Below are positions 53,923 to 63,664 of a stretch of 64,000 nucleotides of DNA, one piece after another. A model generated the notes under the pieces. The model saw only the letters and a list, made by a program, of their open reading frames with translations. It made no database searches and was not told the DNA's origin. The DNA comes from an uncultured Spirochaetota bacterium (GTDB lineage Bacteria; Spirochaetota; Spirochaetia; SZUA-6; Fen-1364), in assembly GCA_963734545.1 (NCBI GenBank), contig CAVTHO010000008.1:128001-192000 (forward strand), read 5' to 3'. Numbering within the stretch: the stretch's first letter is position 1; every line of letters starts with the position of its first letter. The position numbers were made by a program, and so were the translations under genes.

Positions 53923-54417
53923 GTGAAGATAAAGCTCTCCCAGCGAATCCTCGGGTATGGCGCAGTCATCCTGGGCGGCATCAGCATCCTGGTGGGTGCC
54001 CTACCGTGGTTTCACGTCGTGGGTGAAGCATATTTCGTCGGTTTCGTGCTCTTCGGGGCAGGCGCGTGGATCCTCGTAGGACCGGAGCTGCGCGATTCGG
54101 CGCGCAAGGCGCTCGCGGTCATGCGTGAGGCACGACGCGCATCAAGACGCTCCCCACGTCGTCCCGGCAGAGAACCCGTCATAATCGATCCCCTCCTGCC
54201 CGTCCGCATTCTGAAGCTCGCCCGGGAGCAGGGGGGCACGCTCACCGTTGCGCAGGTGGCCATGGAGCTCACCGTGCCGTTGGACCATGCGGAGGCAGGG
54301 CTCAACGAATGCGTCCGGGCAGGCAATGCCATCCCGGACTACGACATCCCCCGCGCGCATGCCCTCTACCGGTTTCCGGAGTTCGCGGAGCCCGAACCGC
54401 CCCGTCTTTCCAGTTGA
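53923..54417 (+). CDS. Two-TM protein with C-terminal winged-helix-like domain
   Basis: Two hydrophobic helices; ILKLAREQGGTLTVAQVAM...YRFPE. Confidence 0.65.
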   Translation: MKIKLSQRILGYGAVILGGISILVGALPWFHVVGEAYFVGFVLFGAGAWILVGPELRDSARKALAVMREARRASRRSPRRPGREPVIIDPLLPVRILKLAREQGGTLTVAQVAMELTVPLDHAEAGLNECVRAGNAIPDYDIPRAHALYRFPEFAEPEPPRLSS

Positions 54418-54449
54418 CAGGGGCTGGGGCCGCCGATAATCTCTCACTA

Positions 54450-54495
54450 CGCCGCGGTATCCCCGCGGATTGCGCGCCGCGGTATCCCGCGGATT
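54450..54495. repeat. Two REP-like palindromes in the tRNA leader
   Basis: CGCCGCGGTATCCCCGCGGATT and CGCCGCGGTATCCCGCGGATT, between a TTGACA...GATAAT promoter and the tRNA. Confidence 0.75.
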
Positions 54496-54509
54496 ATCGT
54501 TGTGCTGCC

Positions 54510-54583
54510 GCCCCAGTAGCTCAGCTGGATAGAGCGACGGTTTCCTAAACCGTAGGTCAGATGTTCGAGTCATCCCTGGGGCA
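54510..54583 (+). tRNA. tRNA-Arg(CCT)
   Basis: Acceptor GCCCCAG/CTGGGGC, D-arm GCTC..GAGC, anticodon stem ACGGT/ACCGT with loop TTCCTAA, TTCGAGT T-loop; no encoded CCA. Confidence 0.95.
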
Positions 54584-54735
54584 AACGCGATCGCGAGCGA
54601 AAAGCCCACCAGGAGAATGGGCGCGAGGTCCGCGGTGCCCTGCTTCCAGTGCCAGCCTTCGAAGCAGCGGCGCCTGAGCGCGGAGCCCTGGTGGCGTTCG
54701 GGGTGGTAGAGCGGGGGTGCCATGGGACCTCCGGA

Positions 54736-56205
54736 TCAGACCCTGTGTCGAACCAGTCTGCCGGCCTCATCGACGCACTCGATCTCCGACCGGCTGGTCT
54801 CGAGGTCGGCCGTCAACGTGCAGATTGCCCCGTCCTTCTGCCAGCGGAGGCGGACCACGCCCTCTTCCGAATCCATGACCTGGAAGACTCCGTTGAAGGC
54901 CGGGTACTCGTTTCTAAACCGAATGAGCCTCACCAGTCTTTGAACCGGCTCCGCGCGGACCCGGGCATCGATCTCTTCGAGGCTGTAATTGTGCCGGTTT
55001 ACTTCGCGCCCTTCTCCTGTCCGCTGGACGGCTTCCGTGTCGTTTTCCCCCGCGAGCAGCCCCACGTAATAGACCTGCGGTATGCCCGGCGCGAAGAACT
55101 GCAGGGCCCGGGCCGACAGATAGGCCTCGTCGTCGCGGTCGAGAACGGAGTAAAAAGAGCACCGGATCTGGTGGACATCGAAACCGTCCGAATCCTTGTG
55201 CGCCGGAGAGAGAACGAAGCTCAGGTTTGCGCCGCGCTCCACGCAGGTCCGTACGACTCTTCTCGCATCATCGCTTTCGTAGAGTCCATTCAGGTCCGGC
55301 TTGACGGGGATGCCGTCGTGACAGTCGAGCATCGTGAATTGCCGGTGAGGGCGCACGGCGAGGTACCGTTTCAGCTTCCCTCCCTTCCTGAGGAGCAGGG
55401 CTTCGAGGATCATGTAGGGAAGGATGAAGTCATAGATCCAGTACCCATGCGCGGACAGGCTGAACTGGGTCGTGGGGTGCGCATGGACCTCGGGCAGCAG
55501 CTCGATCCCGAACGAGCTTGCCACGGAGCGGATCCAGTCGAGGAATCGGTAGATCTCCGGCTCCACGAAAAAACAGCTCGTCCCGATCTTCTTCACTATA
55601 TAGCCGATTGCATCCAGCCGGACCATGCTCACGCCGTTGCGGCTGAAACCTGCCATGAAGTCCGTCAGGAGCTTCCGGTATGCGTCCGAGTGCCAGTCCA
55701 TGTCGATCTGGTCGGAGGGGTCTTTCTTCCCGAAGGTGGTCCAGACCACTTCTTCTTCGCCAGTGTCCTCGATGGTGAACCGGGAAAACGGCAACGGTCT
55801 GCGCAGGAATATCTTTGAAAGGTCTTCTTGAGAAGGCTTCCCGTCCGGCCACATCTTGTCCAGCGTGATGAAGAGGTCCGCCCAATGCGCGCGGCGGCCT
55901 TTTTTCAGGAAGTCACGGAAATACTCAGACTGCCGGGACACGTGGTTCACCATCAGGTCGAGCATGACCTCCGAATGACGGCTGATGCGCCGGATGTCAT
56001 CCCAGCCGCCGAAGCGCGGCTCGATCTCCAGGTAGGTCAGGGGAGCGAAACCCCTGTCCCCGGAAGCCGGAAACGGCGGGAGGATGTGAACTCCGCCCTG
56101 AAAAAGGCCCGGGAAATGCCTGAGAAGCACCTGGTCGAGCGCCTCCAGGGTTCCTCCAAGCGAATCCGGATAGGTGATAAGCTGAACCTGGTTCTTCACC
56201 GCCAT
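54736..56205 (-). CDS. GH13_18 phosphorylase, sucrose-6'-phosphate phosphorylase-like
   Basis: VQLITYPD, DRGFAP, VRLDAIGY, LPEVH, CHDGIP; loops FLRR and GFDVHQ. Confidence 0.9.
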   Translation of the reverse strand: MAVKNQVQLITYPDSLGGTLEALDQVLLRHFPGLFQGGVHILPPFPASGDRGFAPLTYLEIEPRFGGWDDIRRISRHSEVMLDLMVNHVSRQSEYFRDFLKKGRRAHWADLFITLDKMWPDGKPSQEDLSKIFLRRPLPFSRFTIEDTGEEEVVWTTFGKKDPSDQIDMDWHSDAYRKLLTDFMAGFSRNGVSMVRLDAIGYIVKKIGTSCFFVEPEIYRFLDWIRSVASSFGIELLPEVHAHPTTQFSLSAHGYWIYDFILPYMILEALLLRKGGKLKRYLAVRPHRQFTMLDCHDGIPVKPDLNGLYESDDARRVVRTCVERGANLSFVLSPAHKDSDGFDVHQIRCSFYSVLDRDDEAYLSARALQFFAPGIPQVYYVGLLAGENDTEAVQRTGEGREVNRHNYSLEEIDARVRAEPVQRLVRLIRFRNEYPAFNGVFQVMDSEEGVVRLRWQKDGAICTLTADLETSRSEIECVDEAGRLVRHRV

Positions 56206-56220
56206 GCCGCGCCTCGCCGG

Positions 56221-56874
56221 TCAATTCGTCGCGCGCACATCGTAGTCTTTCGTGATGACGAAGTCCGCGAGATGTCGATGCCCTGCGATGATCATGTGCT
56301 CCCTTGTCAGGACCTGCTCGACGAACGGATCCCGCGCCTCGCCGCCCCGGTTTCTCTTCAGCCTGTGCTCCAGAGTGTCCCGACGGCTCCTGGCAATGAA
56401 GACCCTGGTGTCCGCGTGTCTCAGCAGCGACGTATACGTTCCCTCCGCAATGACCACCGCGACACCCTCCAGGCCGATTCTCTCTTCTCCCACGCGGTCA
56501 TTGTCATAGTCGACGAGCGGCTTGATCAGCTCCTGCGCCCCCCCGACCGCGTCCCTCAGGTTGCCGTCCATAAGGTCGAGGTCCACCTCGACGTGGGGTC
56601 CGAGCCACTCCGGGTCGTTCCTCCTCCTGGCATCGTTCGACCGCGGCGGAAGCACGAAATAGTCGTCCTGCCCCAGGATGACGGATCGAACGCCGAGTTT
56701 CGCCAGTTCGTCTGCAATCGCTTGCGCGGTCTCGGATTTGCCGCTGCCCGATTCACCGGCAACACTGATGATGTACCTCGCCGGCTTTGTTTTTACCTTG
56801 TCGATTATCGCGGGCACGATCGCGCCGGCTGCCCTGCGGTGATGTTTTTCCACCAGGATGATGTCGCCCCTCAT
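56221..56874 (-). CDS. P-loop kinase, uridine-kinase-like; candidate sucrose kinase
   Basis: GESGSGKSE Walker A, QDDYF, AEGTY; 15 bp upstream of the phosphorylase. Confidence 0.75.
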   Translation of the reverse strand: MRGDIILVEKHHRRAAGAIVPAIIDKVKTKPARYIISVAGESGSGKSETAQAIADELAKLGVRSVILGQDDYFVLPPRSNDARRRNDPEWLGPHVEVDLDLMDGNLRDAVGGAQELIKPLVDYDNDRVGEERIGLEGVAVVIAEGTYTSLLRHADTRVFIARSRRDTLEHRLKRNRGGEARDPFVEQVLTREHMIIAGHRHLADFVITKDYDVRATN

Positions 56875-56899
56875 TCACCGTACCCTCCAGTCCACCTTC

Positions 56900-56962
56900 T
56901 TGACACATGCGGCAGAATGTGCAATATTCCAAATGAAAGAACTTTCATGAAACTTCTTTCAT
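56900..56962 (+). promoter_or_regulatory. Promoter with tandem LacI-type operators
   Basis: TTGACA at 56900; dyads ATGAAAGAACTTTCAT (56933-56948) and ATGAAACTTCTTTCAT (56947-56962). Confidence 0.65.
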
Positions 56963-56972
56963 AAGGAATAGC

Positions 56973-57118
56973 ATGCCGGCAAGGCGGAGTCAATGATCTG
57001 CAGTGTCGCCTCGTACGCGGGAGTGAGCATCTCCACGGTGTCACGCTTCGTCAACATCCCTGACAAGGTGAACGCCGAGGGGGCACCTCGCGAGGCAACA
57101 GGACGTGCGAGTCGTTGA
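56973..57118 (+). pseudogene. LacI helix-turn-helix remnant
   Basis: MPARRS, then frameshift to ICSVASYAGVSISTVSRFVNIPDKV; parallels MPARAPTIYDVARKAGVSVSTVSRAVNAPHLV of the 61389 gene. Confidence 0.7.
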
Positions 57119-57204
57119 AAGAGGCATGACGTGTGCGAAGTGACCTTTCTCGCCCCCTCGGTGAGGGGGACGGTAACCATCACGATTCCTGAACGGAGGC
57201 TTCG

Positions 57205-58434
57205 ATGAAGAAACTCGTCCTGGCACTCGCGGCGCTCCTCGTGACCGCCGCTGTCTTCGCCCAGGGGATCACCCTGGCGCAGAACAAGCCCGAGATCGAC
57301 GCGGCCCTGAAGGCGTACGCGGCCGCGTGGTCCAAGGCGAACAACGTCCCCGTCACCATCAAGTCCGTGGGCGGCGGCACCGGCATGGACCTCGACAGCC
57401 AGCTGAAGGCCGACCTCGCCGCGGGCGACATGCCCGACATCTTCGCCATCAACGGCCTGGAGAACTACAAGGAGTGGGCGGACCTCGTCCTCGACCTCTC
57501 CGGCGAACGATGGGTCAAGAATACCTCGGTCGCGTTCAAGTACGAAGGCAAGGTGTACGGCTATCCTGTCGCGGTTGAGGGCTGGGGCATGGCGTACAAT
57601 GCCGACATCCTCAAGAAGGCCGGGGTCGATCCGAAGACCCTCGTCAATTACTCCGGCTACAAGGCCGCCTTCGAGAAGATCGACGCCCAGAAGGCCAAGC
57701 TCGGCATCAAGTCCGTGGTCTCCATGGCTGCCTCCCTCGACATGGGCTGGGTCACCGCCCACCACAACTTCAACTCCCTGCTCTCGAACGGCCTTCCCTA
57801 CGGCGACCTGTCCGTCGTGAACGACCTCCTCGCCGGCAAGGTCGACGCCAAGCGCCTCTCCGAGTACGCCGATTGGGTGGAGCTGCTCTTCAAGTACGCC
57901 GACAAGGCTGTCCTCACCACAGGCAATTATGACGCGCAGGTCGGCGCGTTCGCGTCCGGCCAGGCTGCCTTCCTCCACCAGGGCAACTGGATCGATCCCA
58001 ACATGGCCCAGGCCAAGGCGACTTTCCCCATGGCCTTTGCGCCCCACGGCTCCATGGCCAAGGCCACCAACGGCATCTTCGTGGCCGCCCCCTCGTTCTA
58101 TTGCATCAACAAGAACTCCAAGAACCTCGCGGCCGCGAAGAAGTTCCTGAACGACCTCGTCTTCACCGAGGCGGGCAACAAGTACATGGTCCTCGACGCG
58201 GGCTCCATCCCCGCCTTCTCGAACGTGAAGCTCAACCCGACCGGCCAGCTCTCCCGGTCCGTGCAGGCCTGGGCCGCTGCGGGCAAGATTTACAGCTGGA
58301 ACCAGTACTACTTCACAGAAGATTTCCGCAACAAGACGCTCGCGCCGATCTACAACCAGTTTGCAACCGGCGCCGTCACCAAGGCCCAGTTCATCGACCT
58401 CATGACGAAAGCCTTCCAGGGCCTCGCGAAGTAG
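57205..58434 (+). CDS. Sugar ABC transporter substrate-binding protein (MsmE-like)
   Basis: Signal peptide, GDMPDIF, GKVYGYP, YNADI, QGNW. Confidence 0.92.
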   Translation: MKKLVLALAALLVTAAVFAQGITLAQNKPEIDAALKAYAAAWSKANNVPVTIKSVGGGTGMDLDSQLKADLAAGDMPDIFAINGLENYKEWADLVLDLSGERWVKNTSVAFKYEGKVYGYPVAVEGWGMAYNADILKKAGVDPKTLVNYSGYKAAFEKIDAQKAKLGIKSVVSMAASLDMGWVTAHHNFNSLLSNGLPYGDLSVVNDLLAGKVDAKRLSEYADWVELLFKYADKAVLTTGNYDAQVGAFASGQAAFLHQGNWIDPNMAQAKATFPMAFAPHGSMAKATNGIFVAAPSFYCINKNSKNLAAAKKFLNDLVFTEAGNKYMVLDAGSIPAFSNVKLNPTGQLSRSVQAWAAAGKIYSWNQYYFTEDFRNKTLAPIYNQFATGAVTKAQFIDLMTKAFQGLAK

Positions 58435-58524
58435 GATCAGCCCCGCGCGGCCGGCTCCCCTCCGACCCGCTCTCTGGCCTTTGCCGGAGGGCGGGTCTAT
58501 AGTACCGGGCAGGAGCGTCGATCG

Positions 58525-59439
58525 ATGCGGAAAACGAAACACCCCCCCGTCTTCTGGCTCTTTCTCACGCCCGTCATCCTGGCCTTTGCCCTCGTCATCG
58601 TCATCCCCTTCCTGCTCGGTGTGTACTATTCCTTCACGAACTGGTCGGCGACCGCCCGGCTGGGCGGCAGCCTCAAGGCGGTAGGCCTCAGGAACTTCGC
58701 CGGAATCCTGAAGGACCCCAGCTTCACCTACTCGTTCATCCTGACGGTCGTGTACACGGTGCTCAACATGATCGTCATCAACGTGGTCTCCTTCAGCCTT
58801 GCCATGCTCGTGACGCGAAAGCTCAAGGGACGCAACGTCTACCGCGCGGGCTTCTTCGTCCCCAACCTCATCGGCGGCCTGATCCTCGGGTACGTCTGGC
58901 AGTTCATTTTCAACAACGCCGTTCCGTCCTTGGGGACGATGATCGGCTTCGCATCCTGGGCTGACGCGGGGAATCTCCTGCTCGCAAAAAGCACCACGGC
59001 CACGATCGCCATGGTCCTCGTGGGAACCTGGCAGTACGCGGGCTACATCATGGTCATCTACGTGGCCGCGATCGAGAGCATCCCCCAGGAGCTCATCGAG
59101 GCGGCGCAGATCGACGGCGCCTCCCCCTTCCGCAGGCTGCGCGCGATCACGCTTCCGTTGACGCGGCAGGCATTCACGATCACCATCTTCCTGACGCTCG
59201 TGAACTCGTTCAAGCAGTTCGACGTCAACGTCTCCCTCACCGGCGGCGGCCCGTCGGCTATGTTCCTGGGCCAGCCGATCTACGGCACTCAGCTCCTTGC
59301 CATGAACATCTACAATCAGGGTTTCAAGTCGAACGACATGGCGGGCGGACAGGCCCGCGCCGTGGTCTTCTTCCTCGTCCTGGTGATCGTCTCCATCATC
59401 CAGGTCTCCGTCAACAAGAAGAGGGAGATCGAGCTGTGA
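58525..59439 (+). CDS. Carbohydrate ABC transporter permease (MsmF-like)
   Basis: YYSFTNW, GLRNF, EAAQIDGA. Confidence 0.93.
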   Translation: MRKTKHPPVFWLFLTPVILAFALVIVIPFLLGVYYSFTNWSATARLGGSLKAVGLRNFAGILKDPSFTYSFILTVVYTVLNMIVINVVSFSLAMLVTRKLKGRNVYRAGFFVPNLIGGLILGYVWQFIFNNAVPSLGTMIGFASWADAGNLLLAKSTTATIAMVLVGTWQYAGYIMVIYVAAIESIPQELIEAAQIDGASPFRRLRAITLPLTRQAFTITIFLTLVNSFKQFDVNVSLTGGGPSAMFLGQPIYGTQLLAMNIYNQGFKSNDMAGGQARAVVFFLVLVIVSIIQVSVNKKREIEL

Positions 59440-60296
59440 CAACGCGCCGCACGGCACGCCTGCTCGCCCCCGAGATCGTCGCCGTCGTCCTTTTCCTTCT
59501 CTTCCTCTTTCCCTTCCTCATCGTCGTCGTGAACTCGGCGAAGACGCCGTTCGAGATTACTCAGAATCCGCTCACCCTTCCCGCCGACTGGGGGAAGATC
59601 CTGCAGAACATGGTGACCATCTGGACCAGCGTCAACGTGCAGTACTCCTCCTCGTTCCTCAGTTCGGTCATCATCACCGTGGCGTCCCTCCTCCTCCTCA
59701 ACGTCCTGTCTTCGCAGGCGGCCTGGGTCCTCGTACGGACCAAGACCAGGCTCTCAATGGGCATTTTCATCATCTTCGTCGCTGCGATGGTCATCCCCTT
59801 CCAGATCGTCATGTTCCCCCTGCTCACCTGGTTCCGCGAGATCACGGCTCTCACGGGAGTGAGGCTCCTGCGGTCTTTCACTGGGATCATCCTTGCGTAC
59901 ATCGGTTTCGGCATGTCCCAGTCGATCTTCCTCTTCCACGGCTTCATCAAGAGCATTCCGCTGGAGCTCGAGGAAGCCGCGCTCATCGACGGCTGCCGGC
60001 CCGTGCAGACCTTCTACCGGATCATCTTCCCCATCCTGAGGCCCATCCACGCCACCGTCCTCGTGCTGAACGGCATCTGGATCTGGAACGATTACCTGCT
60101 CCCGCTCCTCATCCTCGGGAAGGGCAACAAGGTGATGACCATCCCCCTGGCCGTCTCCAACTTCGCCGGGGCCTACGTGAAGCAGTGGGACCTCATTCTC
60201 ACGGCCATCCTCATGGCGATGATCCCCATCGTCATCTTCTTCCTCGTTGCCCAGAAGTACATCATCAAGGGGATGGTAGCCGGCTCCATCAAGTGA
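59436..60296 (+). CDS. Carbohydrate ABC transporter permease (MsmG-like)
   Basis: IPFQ, IPLELEEAALIDG, WNDYLLP, GMVAGSIK. Confidence 0.93.
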   Translation: MTTRRTARLLAPEIVAVVLFLLFLFPFLIVVVNSAKTPFEITQNPLTLPADWGKILQNMVTIWTSVNVQYSSSFLSSVIITVASLLLLNVLSSQAAWVLVRTKTRLSMGIFIIFVAAMVIPFQIVMFPLLTWFREITALTGVRLLRSFTGIILAYIGFGMSQSIFLFHGFIKSIPLELEEAALIDGCRPVQTFYRIIFPILRPIHATVLVLNGIWIWNDYLLPLLILGKGNKVMTIPLAVSNFAGAYVKQWDLILTAILMAMIPIVIFFLVAQKYIIKGMVAGSIK

Positions 60297-60387
60297 CGGG
60301 AGGCGGGGGACCCGGATGAGCGACGAGCGGCGAAGATGATCGGGGCTTGATCGGCATCCTCTTCCGTCTTGCAGGTCGCGCGCCGCG

Positions 60388-61389
60388 CTAGGTCGTGAGG
60401 CGTTCGATCAGTTTGAGCTGCAGCCGTGTGCTCTGCAGGGGCCGGCCGCGGTCGGAGATGCGGGACATCAGCATCTCGGCGGCGAGGCGGCCGGACTCGT
60501 CCAGGCGCTGGTCAATCGTGGTCAATCCCAGATAATCGGCGAGATCGGTGCCGTCGAAGCCGATGATCGACAAATCCTCCGGCACGCGCATCCCTCTGGC
60601 GTGCGCAGCGCGGAGAACGTCGGCGGCGTGGAGGTCCGAGTAGGCAAAAAGCGCGTCGGGAAGGGGCGAGCGGCTGAAAAGAGCCTCTACCTGCCGCACG
60701 ACGCCTTTCCGGCTGTAAGGCTCGCGACTGACATATTCACCCGGCAGATCGAGGCCCGCCTCCTGGAGGCCCTGGCGGAACCCTTCCAGGCGGAGGTCGC
60801 TCAGGTGGATGATGTGCTCTGGAACGCCCACTTCGCCGACATACGCGCATCGTCGGCGGCCCTTCTCCGTAAAGTGGCGCGCCGCCATTCTCCCGCCTTC
60901 GAGGTTGTCGATCTCGATCGAACAGAACTGGGCATGCGCGAACTCCACGCACACGATTTCCAGCGAGTGCGTCTGCAGGTGACGCGTCTGGGCGTCGGAG
61001 AAAGGCATCGACATCACGATCAGGCCGTCCAGCCGACGCCACAGGGGAAGCACGTCGAGGTACTCGTCCAGCTGGACCCGGGAGCCGACCGTGTAGACGA
61101 CAAACTCGAACTTCGTTGCCGAAAGGGCCGAGGCCACGCCGCGCATTCTCTGCACGAACGACGGCGAAGTGAAAAACGGGAGGAGGACGCCGATGCTCCC
61201 GACGTGCTTCCGCGCCAGGGCGCTGGCCTCCGCCTTGGGTACGAACTTGAGCTGTTCAACGGCGTGCATGACCCTTCGGCGGGTCTCTTCCTGAACCAGG
61301 TGCGGCGCATTGACGGCACGCGAAACGGTGGACACGCTGACGCCTGCCTTTCTGGCGACGTCGTAAATGGTGGGTGCGCGCGCGGGCAT
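60388..61389 (-). CDS. LacI family transcriptional regulator
   Basis: TIYDVARKAGVSVSTVSRA, RVPEDLSIIGFD, LTTI. Confidence 0.95.
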   Translation of the reverse strand: MPARAPTIYDVARKAGVSVSTVSRAVNAPHLVQEETRRRVMHAVEQLKFVPKAEASALARKHVGSIGVLLPFFTSPSFVQRMRGVASALSATKFEFVVYTVGSRVQLDEYLDVLPLWRRLDGLIVMSMPFSDAQTRHLQTHSLEIVCVEFAHAQFCSIEIDNLEGGRMAARHFTEKGRRRCAYVGEVGVPEHIIHLSDLRLEGFRQGLQEAGLDLPGEYVSREPYSRKGVVRQVEALFSRSPLPDALFAYSDLHAADVLRAAHARGMRVPEDLSIIGFDGTDLADYLGLTTIDQRLDESGRLAAEMLMSRISDRGRPLQSTRLQLKLIERLTT

Positions 61390-61553
61390 GACTGTTCTCC
61401 TACGTCAGAAAGGCTCACCCGGCGGCTTCTGTCAAGTCTCGAAGGCATGCCTCGTCCAGCACAATCTTTCCGGCGTCGAGGTTTTCCCGCAGGTGCTTCA
61501 CTGTGCTCGCCGCCACAAGAGGAATAAGCGGCCGCCCATGCTATAATTCCGCC

Positions 61554-62918
61554 ATGGGATTTGCCCTACAAAGTGCGCGGGCCGCCAGGACAAGGGCTCC
61601 GGCCCGGCTTGCTCTCGCCTTCGGTCTTTCCTGCTGCCTGGCCGCCTGCGGGGCCTGGAAGGGCCCGTCTCCCGCGACCAGCCTGCCCCGGAAGATCCAG
61701 GTCATGGCGTCAGACGGCTGGATCTACGACGTCATGGGAGAAAACGCGAAGCTGTTCGAGAAGGAGACCGGCATCAAGGTCTCCTTCACGATCTACGCGC
61801 CGCACGTGTACTTCCGGGCGCTCCAGACGATGCTCGCCTCCGGGGAAGCCGCCGACATCTTTCTCATGCAGTCCACGCGGTGGTACCTCGGGCAGCGAGA
61901 TCGACCCGGAAAAGTCGTGCATCGACCTGACGGCGGAGGAATGGACGAAACGCCTGAAGCCGGAATGGCTTCCCGCCGTCTCGTACAAGGGCCGCGTCTA
62001 CGGCCTGATCGTCTGGGACGATACCCTGGGATGGGTCTACACCTACAACGACAAGATCTTCCGGCGGCTGGGCCTCTCCGCGCCGCGGACGTACGAGGAG
62101 TTCGTGGCGGTCTGCGAGCGGATCAAGCAGGCCGGCATCGTGCCCATCTACGAGCCCGGGGCCAGCCGCTGGCACACGTCCCTCACGTTCTTCGAGATGG
62201 GCTCCACGTTCGAGCAGCGCGACCCCGGCCTCTATGAGCGGCTCAACACGAACCGGCTGAAGTTCGCCGACTACGAGCCGTTCCGCCGGGCGCTCGGACC
62301 AGATCCTGTCCGCGGCCAACCGCGGGTTCTTCGGCAGCGACTTCATGGCCAACACGATCGAGGGATCGAAGACGGCGCTGATCTCGGGGGCCGCGGCGAT
62401 GACGCTGAACAAGATCGGGTTCGCCCGAAGCGTGCTGAAGACCAACCCCGATTCCGGCGCGCAGAACTGGGGGATGTTCCCCATCCCCTGGCTGGACAAC
62501 CGCACGGTGAGCATCGAGCGCTCCGCCCCCACCTGGTTCGGCAACGCGAAAAGCCGGGACCGCGCGGCGGTGCTCGAGTTCTTCCGATTCCTGACCCGGG
62601 AAGACAACCTCTACCGCTACGCCGCCGGCCAGCCCGAGGGCACCAGCCTGTCCTTCCCCACCCGGCCCGTTCCCCTGCTGCCCAACGAGCAGTCGTTCCT
62701 CGGCTCCGCGCGGCTCGGGGGAGAGCCGTTCCAGGGCGGGGTCAAGTACATCATGGCGCAGTGGATGGAGATCGAGGCCGACTTCGAGTCCATGCTGGTC
62801 GGCGCACTGAGCCCGCGAGCGGTTTCTCTCCGGCGTGGACACGCGGCGGGCCAACATCGCCACGGCCGCCCGGGACCCCGCGTGGCCGCGGCCTACGGCC
62901 GAGCCATCGAGTCCCTGA
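61554..62918 (+). CDS. ABC-type solute-binding lipoprotein (frameshifted in assembly)
   Basis: LAAC lipobox, FEKETGIKV, GRVYGL, YNDKIF, PRTYEEF; end coordinate approximate. Confidence 0.75.
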
Positions 62919-63664
62919 ACGCGGAGGGGTTCTTGCCCGTCTCCTTCTTGAACAACCGGGAGAAGTACAGCGCATCCTCGTAGCCCACCGCGGCGGCGAC
63001 CTGTTTGATCTCCATCTGCGGATGTCCCACGAGCAGGCGCTTGGCCTTCTCGATGCGGAGACGGATCAGGTCCTGCGTGGGGGTGCCTCCCTTGATCCGG
63101 CGGTACAGCCGCAGGAGGTAGGCGGCCTTGCAGCCGAACGACGGCGGCCAGGCGCTCGAGGGAGTACGGCTGGCGGTAGTTCTCCTTGAGATACAGCTCG
63201 ACGGCGTTCGCCAGTTCCTCCTCCCGGGATCCGATCCGGTCCAGCCCGAACTCGGCGTCGATCGGCTCCGGCGCAGTGCTTCCAGTCGGATGCGGATCCG
63301 GCGCAGCGTTTCCCGAAAGGCCTGCACGTCGATGGGCTTCAGCAAGTACTCGTCCACGCCCAGCTCGATCGCCCGCTTGGCGTACTCGAACTCGCTGTAG
63401 CCGGAGACGATGAGGATCCGCAGGTCGGGGTTCGTGCGGCGCAGGCGCTGGATCAGCTCCAGCCCCCCGAGCACCGGCATCTTGATGTCGGTGATCAGCA
63501 GGTCGGGCAGGTGGCGCTCCGCCAGCTCCACGGCCTCTTCGCCGTCCGCCGCCGTGCCCGACGCATTCCAGCGCCGGGTCCAGCTCCGTGGTCTTGCGCG
63601 CCAGGTACTCCCTCATTCGTTCCTCGTCCTCGGCGACGACGAAGGTGAGCTTCCTCTCAGCCAT
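62893..63664 (-). CDS. YesN-like response regulator, REC plus AraC HTH (frameshifted in assembly)
   Basis: VAEDE, ITDIKMP, SGYSEF, YLLKP, VGYEDALYFSRLFKK. Confidence 0.88.

Noticed and set aside
56959-59457. 832-aa minus-strand ORF, and similar long antisense ORFs at 13864-15249, 22762-24540 and 54649-55818
   Set aside because: Shadow frames of well-supported genes in high-GC DNA; no recognisable motifs.
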